NCBI GenBank assembly: GCA_024231215.1
Contig: JAAEQR010000195.1
Span: 433,349 to 497,348 of the forward strand
Reading direction: 5' to 3'
DNA from: PVC group bacterium
GTDB lineage: Bacteria > Omnitrophota > Gorgyraeia > B26-G9
DNA length: 64,000 nucleotides
This document shows, piece by piece, positions 47,014 through 56,579 of the stretch (positions within the stretch are counted from its first letter, which is position 1; each line of letters begins with the position of its first letter). The notes under the pieces are model-generated. The model worked only from the letters and a program-made list of their open reading frames with translations. It was not told where the DNA came from and ran no database searches. A program made the translations under genes and the position numbers.

Positions 47014-48216
47014 ATGGTATTTAAATATCAGGCACGGGATAAAAAAGGTAAATTGATCGAAGGTAAAGAAGAAGCTGGGAATCGCGGGGCGATAATAGAT
47101 GAATTGAGGGGAAGAGGTTATTTTCCGATAAGTGTCGAAGAGGCTGGCCGTGAAACAAAGCGTTTTAAATTTTCTGCCTTCAAAGTAAATGATTATGAGC
47201 TGGTATTTTTTACACGCCAGCTTTTTAATCTTTTAGATTCCGGAGTGGCTTTGGTAAAGTCATTAAATATCTTGTCAGGACAGACTAAAGGGCAGGAGTT
47301 TAAAAAGATTGTTTCAAAATTGCATATTATGGTTTCCGAAGGCAGTTATTTCTACGAAGCACTTACCCAATATCCGGAGATTTTTTCCGGGGTTTACCGG
47401 GGGATGGTTGAAGCCGGAGAAAAAGGTGGTAATTTAGAAAGAGTTTTGGGTAATCTGGCTGATTTCATGGAACAGAAAAAAGATATTAAAGATGTAATGT
47501 TTTCGATGCTTATTTATCCGGTAATTATAATGCTCGTGGGTGCGGGTACGGTATTGTTTTTAATGATGTTTGTGGTGCCAAAGATGTTTTTTATATTCTC
47601 CGAGATGCGTGAAACGCTGCCTTTAGCAACAAAAATATTGATTAACAGTAGTTCATTTTTGTCTAAATACTGGGCAATTCTTCTTTTCTTATTTTCCATT
47701 ATAGGATTAATTTTACACAAAATGTGTTTGCAGGAGCAAAGGCGTTTGATTATGGATAAGTTTTTATATGAACTGCCGATAATCGGAGAGTCTTTGCAAA
47801 AGATGATATTTTCCAGGTTTAGTTATGTTCTTAGTATGCTGCTTTCTAATGGCATGCCGATATTAGAAAGCATGGAGATTGGACAGCAGATGATTCAGAA
47901 TAGAGTCATCAGGGAACGATTAAAAGAGGTGCATTTAAAAGTGTCGCAGGGAAGTTCTTTATCGGTTAGTTTAACGGAAAGTCGGTTATTCCCCTCCGTA
48001 ATGGTGGACATGATATATGTGGGAGAGGAGACGGGTAAACTAGATCAGACACTTTTAAAAATTGCGCATATTTATGAAAAAGAATCTCGACAGGAGTTGA
48101 AACGTTTCTTAAGCTTATTAGAGCCGGGATTGATTTTATTTGTGGCTTTGGTTGTAGGGTTTTTGGTTATGGCGATGCTGTTGCCGTTATTGCAGTTTAA
48201 TTTGGAGATAGTATGA
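47014..48216 (+). CDS. GspF/PilC-family inner-membrane platform protein
   Basis: 400 aa with the typical duplicated T2SSF-like architecture and 3 TM regions. Immediately follows the GspE/PilB ATPase. Confidence 0.85.
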   Translation: MVFKYQARDKKGKLIEGKEEAGNRGAIIDELRGRGYFPISVEEAGRETKRFKFSAFKVNDYELVFFTRQLFNLLDSGVALVKSLNILSGQTKGQEFKKIVSKLHIMVSEGSYFYEALTQYPEIFSGVYRGMVEAGEKGGNLERVLGNLADFMEQKKDIKDVMFSMLIYPVIIMLVGAGTVLFLMMFVVPKMFFIFSEMRETLPLATKILINSSSFLSKYWAILLFLFSIIGLILHKMCLQEQRRLIMDKFLYELPIIGESLQKMIFSRFSYVLSMLLSNGMPILESMEIGQQMIQNRVIRERLKEVHLKVSQGSSLSVSLTESRLFPSVMVDMIYVGEETGKLDQTLLKIAHIYEKESRQELKRFLSLLEPGLILFVALVVGFLVMAMLLPLLQFNLEIV

Positions 48217-48569
48217 AAAGATCAGGTTTTACTTTACTTGAATTAATGCTGGCATTATCCATTGTTAGTATTTCTTTAGTTGTAGTTATAAATTCTTTTT
48301 CAATTATTGTCAGGGCAAAAACAAGTGTAGCTAATCATACTAAGGCAATGTTTCTTGCCGAACAAAAACTTTTTGATCTTAAGATAGAAAAAAAAGAAGA
48401 AAGAAAGACTGAGGGTATTTTTGATGCACCGTTAGATAATTTTCACTGGTTGGTAGAAACTGAAAGCGCTTTGTTTGAGGGGTTGGAGAAAATATCTCTT
48501 TCTGTGTCATGGAAAGAGCATAATCATAATAAAAAAATACGCACAACTACTTATTTAAAAAGAGGCTGA
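48213..48569 (+). CDS. minor pseudopilin / type IV pilin-like protein (prepilin N-methylation motif)
   Basis: N-terminus MKRSGFTLLELMLALSIVSISLVV matches the prepilin peptidase cleavage/methylation motif G|FTLLE. Confidence 0.7.
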   Translation: MKRSGFTLLELMLALSIVSISLVVVINSFSIIVRAKTSVANHTKAMFLAEQKLFDLKIEKKEERKTEGIFDAPLDNFHWLVETESALFEGLEKISLSVSWKEHNHNKKIRTTTYLKRG

Positions 48570-48571
48570 TC

Positions 48572-49135
48572 ATGAAGAAATATTTAGGTTTTACTTTGGT
48601 GGAGTTACTTTTATCTGTGGTAATTATGAGTGTTGTTTTTTTAACTGTTTACAGTACTTTTTCTTTAGGTGTTGAAGCTTGGAAAAAATCAGGCAGTAGA
48701 AATGTCTATGAAGCCAGAACGATCTTGAGTCAGATATCCGAAGATTTGCGCTCGGCATGTATTCCGGTAAGTAAAGAGCAGAGATTTTCTTTTAACGGCA
48801 ATGCTGCTTCGTTGAGTTTTGTTACTGCGGCTTCATCTCATACCGGTATGAATAAGGTTAGATATTATGTGACTCCCGGTAAATTCAATGATACGCGTTC
48901 ACTGGTCTACCGGGTGGATGATATTTTAAATACTGATATCAATGCTTTAGGAAAAGTACAGGAACTGACTGGTACTCTCAATGTTTTATCTTTTTCTTAT
49001 TATGATGGAGAACAATGGCTGCGTGCCTGGAATTCGGCGGAGACAATGCCGCAGGCAGTACAAATATCTCTGGCTTTGCAGGATGATTCCGGCAGAGAAG
49101 AGTTTTCTGCGGTTGTAGAGGTTTCTTGCAATTGA
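48572..49135 (+). CDS. minor pseudopilin (GspJ/PilW-like), prepilin N-methylation motif
   Basis: N-terminus MKKYLGFTLVELLLSVVIMSVVFL, with the G|FTLVE motif. Confidence 0.65.
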   Translation: MKKYLGFTLVELLLSVVIMSVVFLTVYSTFSLGVEAWKKSGSRNVYEARTILSQISEDLRSACIPVSKEQRFSFNGNAASLSFVTAASSHTGMNKVRYYVTPGKFNDTRSLVYRVDDILNTDINALGKVQELTGTLNVLSFSYYDGEQWLRAWNSAETMPQAVQISLALQDDSGREEFSAVVEVSCN

Positions 49136-49200
49136 GCAAGCCCAAAGGGCGGGTCGAATGGATTAGATATGAAACCGGATGAAGTTTTAGGGAGACTGCT

Positions 49201-50118
49201 TTGAAGATGAGGCAAAGAGACAGAGGTTCGGTACTAGTAATGGCATTGTTTGTCGTTTTTTTTCTGGCGGCAATAGCTTTGAAACTTTCGCATGTTATGC
49301 ACTTGGAAATAGAATTGACACAACGACATATTAAGAGACTGCAGTCTTTTTGTTTAGCGCGCAGTGGTTTTGTGCTGGCGATAGAGGATTTGAAAAAAGA
49401 TATGGTGTTAAATGATGTTGATTCATTTAATGACAGTTGGCGTACAACATTTCAGGGGCGGCACCGACCGCGAGTTCATAAACTTTATGATACTGAAGGA
49501 GAATTGGCCGGAACTTACTCCATCAGTATTAATGACGAGAGAAGTAAAATGAATTTAAATTCTGCATCGTCGTATTCATTGGAAAAATTATTGGGCGCGT
49601 TAAGAATAAGGAATAGTCGGATTATTGCTAAAGCTGTTATATCTTACAAGCAAAGCCGCGGCTACGATAAAAAATTTTTAAGTATAGATGAGTTGCTGCG
49701 GATAGAAGAAATTGATGAAGAAATGTTTTTTGGGGATGATTCTGCGGGTGAAGGCGATATAACTGCTTATGGGTTAAAAGATTGTTTGACTGTTTATGCG
49801 GATGGGAAGGTAAATGTAAATACTGCACCGCTGCCTGTATTGATGAGTATGCCGGGTATGAATAGAGAACTTGCCGATATATTGATCAAAGCCCGCGAAG
49901 AAGCAGTGTTTGCAAAGGTTGATGATTTAAATAGACTTGCATTTGTAAATAATGGGATGCATCAGGAAATATTTAGCTGGGCAGCTGTGGAGTCTAATAT
50001 ATTTAATATCAAAGCATCTGGACAGGTGGAAAAGGCAAATACAGCTAGACAGATTACGGCTATTATAGATCGGGCTCAGGAACCGGTGAAAACGTTAAGC
50101 TGGCAAGAAGGTGAATAG
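49201..50118 (+). CDS. GspK-like minor pseudopilin
   Basis: N-terminus RGSVLVMALFVVFFLAAIAL resembles GspK. C-terminal helix-hairpin-helix-like motif (VNVNTAPLPVLMSMPGMNRELADILIKAREE) is typical of GspK. Confidence 0.6.
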   Translation: MKMRQRDRGSVLVMALFVVFFLAAIALKLSHVMHLEIELTQRHIKRLQSFCLARSGFVLAIEDLKKDMVLNDVDSFNDSWRTTFQGRHRPRVHKLYDTEGELAGTYSISINDERSKMNLNSASSYSLEKLLGALRIRNSRIIAKAVISYKQSRGYDKKFLSIDELLRIEEIDEEMFFGDDSAGEGDITAYGLKDCLTVYADGKVNVNTAPLPVLMSMPGMNRELADILIKAREEAVFAKVDDLNRLAFVNNGMHQEIFSWAAVESNIFNIKASGQVEKANTARQITAIIDRAQEPVKTLSWQEGE

Positions 50119-50196
50119 TGAATAGAACACTCTATAGATGAAATTTTTTACGATTCACGAAATACTAGATGCGAGATACGAGACAAGGAGTATTAT

Positions 50197-51354
50197 ATGA
50201 TGATTCCCTGGAGAAACTTTAGACGGTTTGGCCAGAAAGTGCTTAAACAGCCGGGGTATGCCTTTGCCGTAGCGGCAAAAAGGATCAAAGCTTATTTGGC
50301 TTATGCGCGTTCTGACGGTCGCAGCAGTATGCCGGAGGCGATAACCTTGTTTTTAACCCATCGTTGTAATCTTCGTTGTAAAATGTGTGGGCAATGGGGT
50401 GAAAGTGGAGTTACTAAAACAATGGCCGATGCTTTGGTTAAAGAAGAGCTGGCTTTTGATGAACTAAAAAAAATGATTGATGATGTGAGCGTTTTCAAAC
50501 CAAGCCTTACGCTTTTTGGCGGAGAGCCGTTGTTGTATTCGCAATGCATTCCATTAATTGAATATATTAAAAAAAATAAAATGCATTGTTTGATGATCAG
50601 TAATGGTTCAATGTTGAAAAACTTTGCAGAGAAGTTGGTTGATGCCGGGCTGGATGAATTAAACCTTTCTTTAGACGGAGATCAACAGCTGCATGATCAG
50701 ATTCGGGGTATGCCGGAACTTTTTGAAAAAATTACGTCTGGGTTAAAATTGATGAATCAATATAAAAAGCAAAAGGGTAAAAACAAGCCTCTTATAAACC
50801 TGCAATGTACAATCACAAAATATAATTATCATCATTTAGAGAAGCTGACTGAGGTGGCGAAAGAAGTAGGAGCTAATTCGCTAACCTATCATAATCTAAT
50901 TTTCGTGGGTGATGATTTACTTAAAAAACAAGAAGCATATGATCAAATGCTTAAGTGTTCATCGAAGGAATGGGAGGGGTTTGTTATTGAGCCGGAAATA
51001 GACCCGGAACAGCTTTATAAAAAGATCCAGTATGTTTTAAGTAAGAAGTATGATTTTAATGTTGATTTTTATCCGAATCTATCTTTACAGGGATTAAAGG
51101 AGTATTATCAAAATCCTTCTTATTTGCCTTCTGAGTATCCGGGGCGATGTCTGAGTCCCTGGGTTGTATCCTATGTTTTTCCTGACGGGGAAGTAAGACC
51201 ATGTCTTAACTGCAGTTATTCTTTTGGTAATGTGAAAAATAGTTCGTTTTCTCGAATTTGGAACAACGAGGATGCCAGGCTTTATCGAACTACGCTGAAG
51301 AAAAACAAAATTTTCCCCGTATGTATAAGGTGTACGGAATTATACAGGTATTAA
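50197..51354 (+). CDS. radical SAM enzyme with C-terminal Cys-rich (SPASM/twitch-like) region
   Basis: CxxxCxxC (THRCNLRCKMCGQW). C-terminal cysteines (CLSPW…PCLNCSYSF…PVCIRC). Last gene of the pilB operon. Confidence 0.75.
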   Translation: MMIPWRNFRRFGQKVLKQPGYAFAVAAKRIKAYLAYARSDGRSSMPEAITLFLTHRCNLRCKMCGQWGESGVTKTMADALVKEELAFDELKKMIDDVSVFKPSLTLFGGEPLLYSQCIPLIEYIKKNKMHCLMISNGSMLKNFAEKLVDAGLDELNLSLDGDQQLHDQIRGMPELFEKITSGLKLMNQYKKQKGKNKPLINLQCTITKYNYHHLEKLTEVAKEVGANSLTYHNLIFVGDDLLKKQEAYDQMLKCSSKEWEGFVIEPEIDPEQLYKKIQYVLSKKYDFNVDFYPNLSLQGLKEYYQNPSYLPSEYPGRCLSPWVVSYVFPDGEVRPCLNCSYSFGNVKNSSFSRIWNNEDARLYRTTLKKNKIFPVCIRCTELYRY

Positions 51355-51519
51355 AAATAAATCAAAATTTAAAAGTAAAAATAATTATATTGTTCAAAAG
51401 AGATGTTTGCAATAACAATGATACAAGGTGCAATGATAGTTCGAAAGACTTGCCATTCTGAGCTCAGTCGAAGGATAAATAAAGAAATCATAGTCTTAAC
51501 ATAGATTTAATTACATGAG

Positions 51520-53598
51520 ATGAGCCTTAATTTGCATATGAAAAAACATATAACTCTCTTCATGCTTCTAGCCCTAATTTTTACCGGATGTGTAATCTAT
51601 GCCGGGGCAATAAATGGTCAATTTATCTGGGATGATCATTTATTGATCAAGGATAATGTTTATATTAAAAGCTGGAATCATTTGCAGGAGATTTTTACGC
51701 AGGATTACGGGGCTGGGGTGGGACGGGAATATCATTTGTATCGGCCGCTTCAGATATTAAGTTATGTGGTAGAACATTCTCTTTGGAAACTTGATGTCCG
51801 AGGCTATCACATTGTTAATATTGGATTACATATACTAAACAGCTTGTTTGTTTTCTTTTTATGTATGCTTTTATTCAAAGATAGAACGCTGGCTTTTATA
51901 ACTGCGCTTTTATTCCTAAGCCATCCGGTGCATACGGAGACAGTTATTTATTTATCGAATCGGGGCGATCTTCTCGCTACCTTTTTTATCTTGCTATGTT
52001 GTATTTTATATATGGGATTTCATGAACGAAAGAGTGTTGTTTTATATATTTTTATTCCCATAAGTTGTCTTGCGGCAGTATTTTCTAAGGAGCAGGGGCT
52101 GATTTTGCCATTTTTGCTTTTGATATATCATTATGCATTTGGTATTAAAATAAAAAAAGGACGATTTGTTTCAATATCTGTTTTGTTGTTTGTCTATGTT
52201 ATTTTAAGGATAACTCTTTTAAAATCATTTCTACCCGGAGCCTCGGCGGCAATAGGGATGCCTCAGCGGATACCGGGATTTTTTGCCGCAATCACAAATT
52301 ATCTAAGGCTTTTGATCTTACCGGTTGGTTTGCATATGGATTATGGTAATAATATGTATGCGGTATTTCACCCGTTGGTATTAATCGGTATAGGGATAAC
52401 CGGATTGGCGATAAAAGCAGCTGTAACTTTCAGAAAACAAAATCCGCTTTTTACTTTTTCTATACTGTGGTTTTTTGCAGCATTATTACCGTTTTCAAAT
52501 ATCTATCCGCTACCGTTTTATATGTCAGAACACTATGTTTATATCCCTTCTATTGGTTTTTTGCTTATTGTTGCTTATGGGGTTCGACGTTTTTTAAAAA
52601 CCCCGGGGATGCTTTGTCGCATAACAATTTTAGGATTAGGTATCGTGGTTGGAATATTTGGGATATTGACTATAAGGCAAGCTGCTTATTGGAAAGACCC
52701 GATTAGTTTTTATGAACGCACACTACAGTATGCTCCGGATAGTGCGCGGATTAATCACAATCTTGGTGATATATATAACATAAAAGAGGAGTTTGATTTA
52801 TCAATAGGGTATTATGAAAAAGCAATAAAGCTTGATCCCAATCAGCCGGATACATATAACAGTTTAGGAGTTGTTTATCAGAAACAGGTGAAGTTGCAAG
52901 AAGCAGAAGCTTTATTTAGGCAAGCTTTAAAAATTAATCCTAAATTTATTGATGCTCGTAATAATCTAGGCGTAATATATCATAAACAAGGGGAGTTGGA
53001 TAAAGCACTTAGGGAATTCAAACATGCTTTAGCGATTAATCCTAATTACACAAAAGCTTATCTTAATTCCGCTAGAATTTATTATGCGTTAGGACAAAAA
53101 GAAAAGGCAGTAGATTGCTATAAAAAAGCATTAGAAACTGATCCGTCTGATAGTGGAATATACTATACGCTTGGAATTTTGTATCATGAGATGGGACAGG
53201 CAGATGAAGCGATCGGGATGTTTAAAAATTCCTTGAGAGGCAATACTCAGAATGTAGATGCATATTATAATCTTGGGGTTGTTTATGCGAAACAGGAGCA
53301 ATTTCAAGAGGCCATAGCGATGCTTAAGAAGGCAAAGTCTATGGATGAATCAGCGGCGGATATATGCTATGCATTAGGTTCGGCGTACTCCAAGATGGAA
53401 GAAATTGCTCAGGCTATTGCTGAATATGAAAAAGCATTGAAAATTAATCCAAATTATGCTCAGGCACATAATAATATTGCCTTGTTGTATTTTCATAATC
53501 AGGAGTATACTCGTGCTTTAGAACATTGTGAAAAAGCTTTATCTTTAGGAGGTATTGTGAATCTAGAGCTATTGGAAGCTTTAGAGCCGTATCGTTAG
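51520..53598 (+). CDS. polytopic membrane protein with C-terminal TPR array (TMTC/PMT-like GT-C + TPR architecture)
   Basis: About 10 TM helices in the N-terminal ~400 aa (…WDDHLLIKDN… loop near TM1). About 9 TPR repeats in the C-terminal half (…AYYNLGVVYAKQ…, …AHNNIALLYF…). Confidence 0.65.
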   Translation: MSLNLHMKKHITLFMLLALIFTGCVIYAGAINGQFIWDDHLLIKDNVYIKSWNHLQEIFTQDYGAGVGREYHLYRPLQILSYVVEHSLWKLDVRGYHIVNIGLHILNSLFVFFLCMLLFKDRTLAFITALLFLSHPVHTETVIYLSNRGDLLATFFILLCCILYMGFHERKSVVLYIFIPISCLAAVFSKEQGLILPFLLLIYHYAFGIKIKKGRFVSISVLLFVYVILRITLLKSFLPGASAAIGMPQRIPGFFAAITNYLRLLILPVGLHMDYGNNMYAVFHPLVLIGIGITGLAIKAAVTFRKQNPLFTFSILWFFAALLPFSNIYPLPFYMSEHYVYIPSIGFLLIVAYGVRRFLKTPGMLCRITILGLGIVVGIFGILTIRQAAYWKDPISFYERTLQYAPDSARINHNLGDIYNIKEEFDLSIGYYEKAIKLDPNQPDTYNSLGVVYQKQVKLQEAEALFRQALKINPKFIDARNNLGVIYHKQGELDKALREFKHALAINPNYTKAYLNSARIYYALGQKEKAVDCYKKALETDPSDSGIYYTLGILYHEMGQADEAIGMFKNSLRGNTQNVDAYYNLGVVYAKQEQFQEAIAMLKKAKSMDESAADICYALGSAYSKMEEIAQAIAEYEKALKINPNYAQAHNNIALLYFHNQEYTRALEHCEKALSLGGIVNLELLEALEPYR

Positions 53599-54281
53599 CG
53601 GATATGAAAGAGGCTTTTGATTATTAACCAGGTTAATTTGAACAGACTTTTCCAGGCTACCATTTTAGAAGCTCCTGCTTTTCTCGCAGCATAAGGTATT
53701 GCTATCTCCATTATTTTCATTTTATTCCGCTTAGCTTGTACTAAAAGCTCAAAATCAGGCCAACTGTCCTCTTGTAACTTATCAATAAGCTGGGGAATGC
53801 GAAAAGCTTTCATGCCGCAGAGAGTATCGGTTAGAGGTTGTTTAAGGGCCAGGGAGAATATGCGGGCAGTAAGTTTGTTTCCTAATATTTTGGGAACAGA
53901 AAAAGCTCCTTTTTCAAAGGGGTATATAAAACGGCTGCCATTTACAAAATCAGCTTTTTTATTGATTATAGGAGCAATGAATTTAGGGATTTCCAGTGGT
54001 GGAGAAGTGTAGTCTGCATCTAGTATAATGCCAATATCTCCGGTAGCATGTTGTAATCCGGTGCGAATTGCAAATCCTTTGCCACGGTTTTTTTTGTATT
54101 CAATAACATTAATTTCGGATGGAGTTATTGTTTTAGCTACTTGAGCTGTCTTATCGGATGATCCATCATCAATGACAATTATTTCTGTTTCATGGTTCAG
54201 AGGCGGAATTTTTTGAATACAATTTATTATATTTTCAGCTTCATTATAGCAGGGGATAAGGATTGATATTTTTTCGGTCAT
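53595..54281 (-). CDS. GT2 glycosyltransferase, polyprenyl-phosphate sugar synthase-like (DPM1/ArnC-like)
   Basis: ISILIPCYNEAENI…VIDDGSSDKT and DADYTSPP (DxD) motifs. At 228 aa it is a short soluble GT-A. Confidence 0.75.
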   Translation of the reverse strand: MTEKISILIPCYNEAENIINCIQKIPPLNHETEIIVIDDGSSDKTAQVAKTITPSEINVIEYKKNRGKGFAIRTGLQHATGDIGIILDADYTSPPLEIPKFIAPIINKKADFVNGSRFIYPFEKGAFSVPKILGNKLTARIFSLALKQPLTDTLCGMKAFRIPQLIDKLQEDSWPDFELLVQAKRNKMKIMEIAIPYAARKAGASKMVAWKSLFKLTWLIIKSLFHIR

Positions 54282-55873
54282 AATTTATAGATGCCCATAA
54301 TTTTTAAATTACCGACTTTAATTGTGTGATATTCTTCTAGTAAAATACGTTTTTGCCAGCGGTAATTGGTTATAAGATAATCTGCTGTATGCTCGTTATC
54401 TACATAAGTTATTTTCTTTCTTTGTGATATAGGAAGTATTTTAGCTGTATCTTTTCCCGGGAGATTTGCCGCATAAATTTTAATATTAGGTCGTTGGTCA
54501 TTATTTAAGATGAATTCCAGGGCTTGTCGATACGATAGCCCCCAATAGTCTAATTCAAAATTACCTTTTGCTGCATTCATGTTGTGTCCCATTAATCCAT
54601 TGAAATATACATTTTGATGTGGATGGTTCTGGCGCATAAAATTCATAATAATAGCCATGTTTATAATACAGATGAAAATAAGAGCTGCTCGGGCAATAAT
54701 TAGATGTTTTTTCGAGATCACATGTGCAAGCTTTAAATAGAGGTAAGACAATCCATATAAACTGATTAAGAGTAAGGCCGGGTATATAAAGAATAAATGT
54801 CGCCATGCATCATAAGAGCCGGGTTTTATGATTATGATTCCAATTAAGGGGACGCACAACCAGGTTATAATAAGAAGTTCTGGTTTTTTGTTTTTAAGAA
54901 ACTCACGGGGAGTTTTTATTAAGAGAAAGAATAGTCGGGTAAAACCAACCAAGAAAAAAGCAATGTAGAGCAAAGGAGTTGATATTAATATCCAGACAAA
55001 GCTGTAATGCCAGGGTAATTGCGTGGCTTTTATTTGTTTGCCAAGGTAGAGAACCGGCCATTCCCACTGATAACTGCGTGTATGCGTGAATGCCTGGGTG
55101 AGTGAGAGAAAAGGTGTTTTCCATAGAAGCGGCCAGAAGAAAATTATCAATGCGATTAATGTGGTACTGTACACAAGGAAGCTTTTAATTGGTTGCTTTA
55201 TTATTTTTTGATTTTTTCTATCGGGGAATATATTTGCAATATATATAACGCTGGTATATATAGGTATGAGAATCCCGGTTGTTCGTATGTCTATTAGGAT
55301 AGCGCAGGTAAATGCATGCAAGATAGCGTATGGAATTGTTTTCTTTTCTAAAAATAAAAAGAGTGTATACATGCTTATGATATAGAAAGATAGGAAAGGT
55401 ATATCCATTGAATTGTAGAACGCATGAGCGAATATGCGTGGGCTTAAGACCAGGAATATTACCCCGAGTATGCTTAGCCAGGGGTTTTTAAAACAGTATG
55501 TACCCAAAAGGTAAAAGAAAATAAGTCCGATAAAGAAGAGAATGAACGTACATAAGTGCCTAAATAATATGGTATTATGCGAATCTGAAAGATCGATTAT
55601 TTTATCGTGCAGGAAAAATAAGAAAACTTCAAATGCCGGCCCGTGGACCAGGTCATGATGTTTGAACGTCAGGTCAGTTATATCAGGATGTGAGAGGTCT
55701 CCTTTCTCGAAAACTTGGATAACATAATTTCCCCAGCGTTTTCCGAATTCTTGATTCTGAATTTCATCCCAGTGCAGTCCATAGTCTTTATAGATGTTCA
55801 GTCCAATAATAAAAATGATAAATAGAACTAGGCAAAGGAAATATTTGGGTGTTTTATGGTTTAGTTTTAGCAT
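54278..55873 (-). CDS. GT-C fold membrane glycosyltransferase (ArnT/PMT family 39/83-like)
   Basis: Polytopic membrane protein with an early HWDE (DE) loop motif typical of GT-C/PMT/ArnT enzymes. Translationally coupled to the GT2. Confidence 0.55.
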   Translation of the reverse strand: MLKLNHKTPKYFLCLVLFIIFIIGLNIYKDYGLHWDEIQNQEFGKRWGNYVIQVFEKGDLSHPDITDLTFKHHDLVHGPAFEVFLFFLHDKIIDLSDSHNTILFRHLCTFILFFIGLIFFYLLGTYCFKNPWLSILGVIFLVLSPRIFAHAFYNSMDIPFLSFYIISMYTLFLFLEKKTIPYAILHAFTCAILIDIRTTGILIPIYTSVIYIANIFPDRKNQKIIKQPIKSFLVYSTTLIALIIFFWPLLWKTPFLSLTQAFTHTRSYQWEWPVLYLGKQIKATQLPWHYSFVWILISTPLLYIAFFLVGFTRLFFLLIKTPREFLKNKKPELLIITWLCVPLIGIIIIKPGSYDAWRHLFFIYPALLLISLYGLSYLYLKLAHVISKKHLIIARAALIFICIINMAIIMNFMRQNHPHQNVYFNGLMGHNMNAAKGNFELDYWGLSYRQALEFILNNDQRPNIKIYAANLPGKDTAKILPISQRKKITYVDNEHTADYLITNYRWQKRILLEEYHTIKVGNLKIMGIYKL

Positions 55874-55883
55874 GAAATATTAT

Positions 55884-56579
55884 TCATCCTTCTTGTTTTG
55901 ATAGTTCTTGTCGTAAAATTATGCGGCTGTCATAGACAAGTAAGCAAAAACGAATTAGATTAGTAGCTAAAAGTATATTTGCTCCGGAGTAAAGGATGAT
56001 TTTTAAATATGATAGTGTTATTTCTGTTCCGGAGAGAGATTGTAAGGATATGACTATTCCACCTAAGAAAAAGATAGCTATTTTAAGGATTAAGTATGCT
56101 ATGCGGGAAAATTTGGAAGCGACTAATGCTTTTCCGAGTTTAGACTGGTGCATGGAGAAAGTGGAAATCCCCTGTCTTACCCAGAGAAATCTTATGAAAT
56201 CAGAAATTAATGAGCGGGCGATGAAAATAAGTGGCACATATATAGGGATTAGTCGAACAAAGGCAAAAAAGATAAGCAGTAGGTTTTCGGTTATTCTATC
56301 GCCTAAAGTGTCTAACATGCCTCCGACTAATGATGATGTATTATTTTTTCTGGCTAAATAGCCGTCTACTCCGTCAAGTATCGCGGCAACACCTAATAGT
56401 ATTACCCCTATGATGTTGTGCGTGAATGAAGGCATAGAAAAGAGTACGAGTACAATAAAAACCAGAATGATTCTGATAAATACTATTGTGTGAGCAATGT
56501 TATTAGTGAGCCACTTGAGCATATTTATGGGCCTCGGTAAAAGATTTGTATAGAGAACCGGCAATAGCACTATAAGCAT
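55884..56579 (-). CDS. CDP-alcohol phosphatidyltransferase family protein
   Basis: Signature D-G-x2-A-R-x8-G-x3-D-x3-D is present (DGVDGYLARKNNTSSLVGGMLDTLGDR). The start may be the internal Met MLKWL… to reduce overlap with the upstream gene. Confidence 0.65.
   Translation of the reverse strand: MLIVLLPVLYTNLLPRPINMLKWLTNNIAHTIVFIRIILVFIVLVLFSMPSFTHNIIGVILLGVAAILDGVDGYLARKNNTSSLVGGMLDTLGDRITENLLLIFFAFVRLIPIYVPLIFIARSLISDFIRFLWVRQGISTFSMHQSKLGKALVASKFSRIAYLILKIAIFFLGGIVISLQSLSGTEITLSYLKIILYSGANILLATNLIRFCLLVYDSRIILRQELSKQEG

Noticed and set aside
51355-51519. tRNA-like 'agttcgaaag' stretch and a small 67-aa ORF (51258-51461) between the radical SAM gene and the TPR-GT gene
   Set aside because: There is no cloverleaf-compatible acceptor or anticodon arms around the T-loop-like motif. 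The ORF overlaps the radical SAM 3' end in another frame with no RBS.
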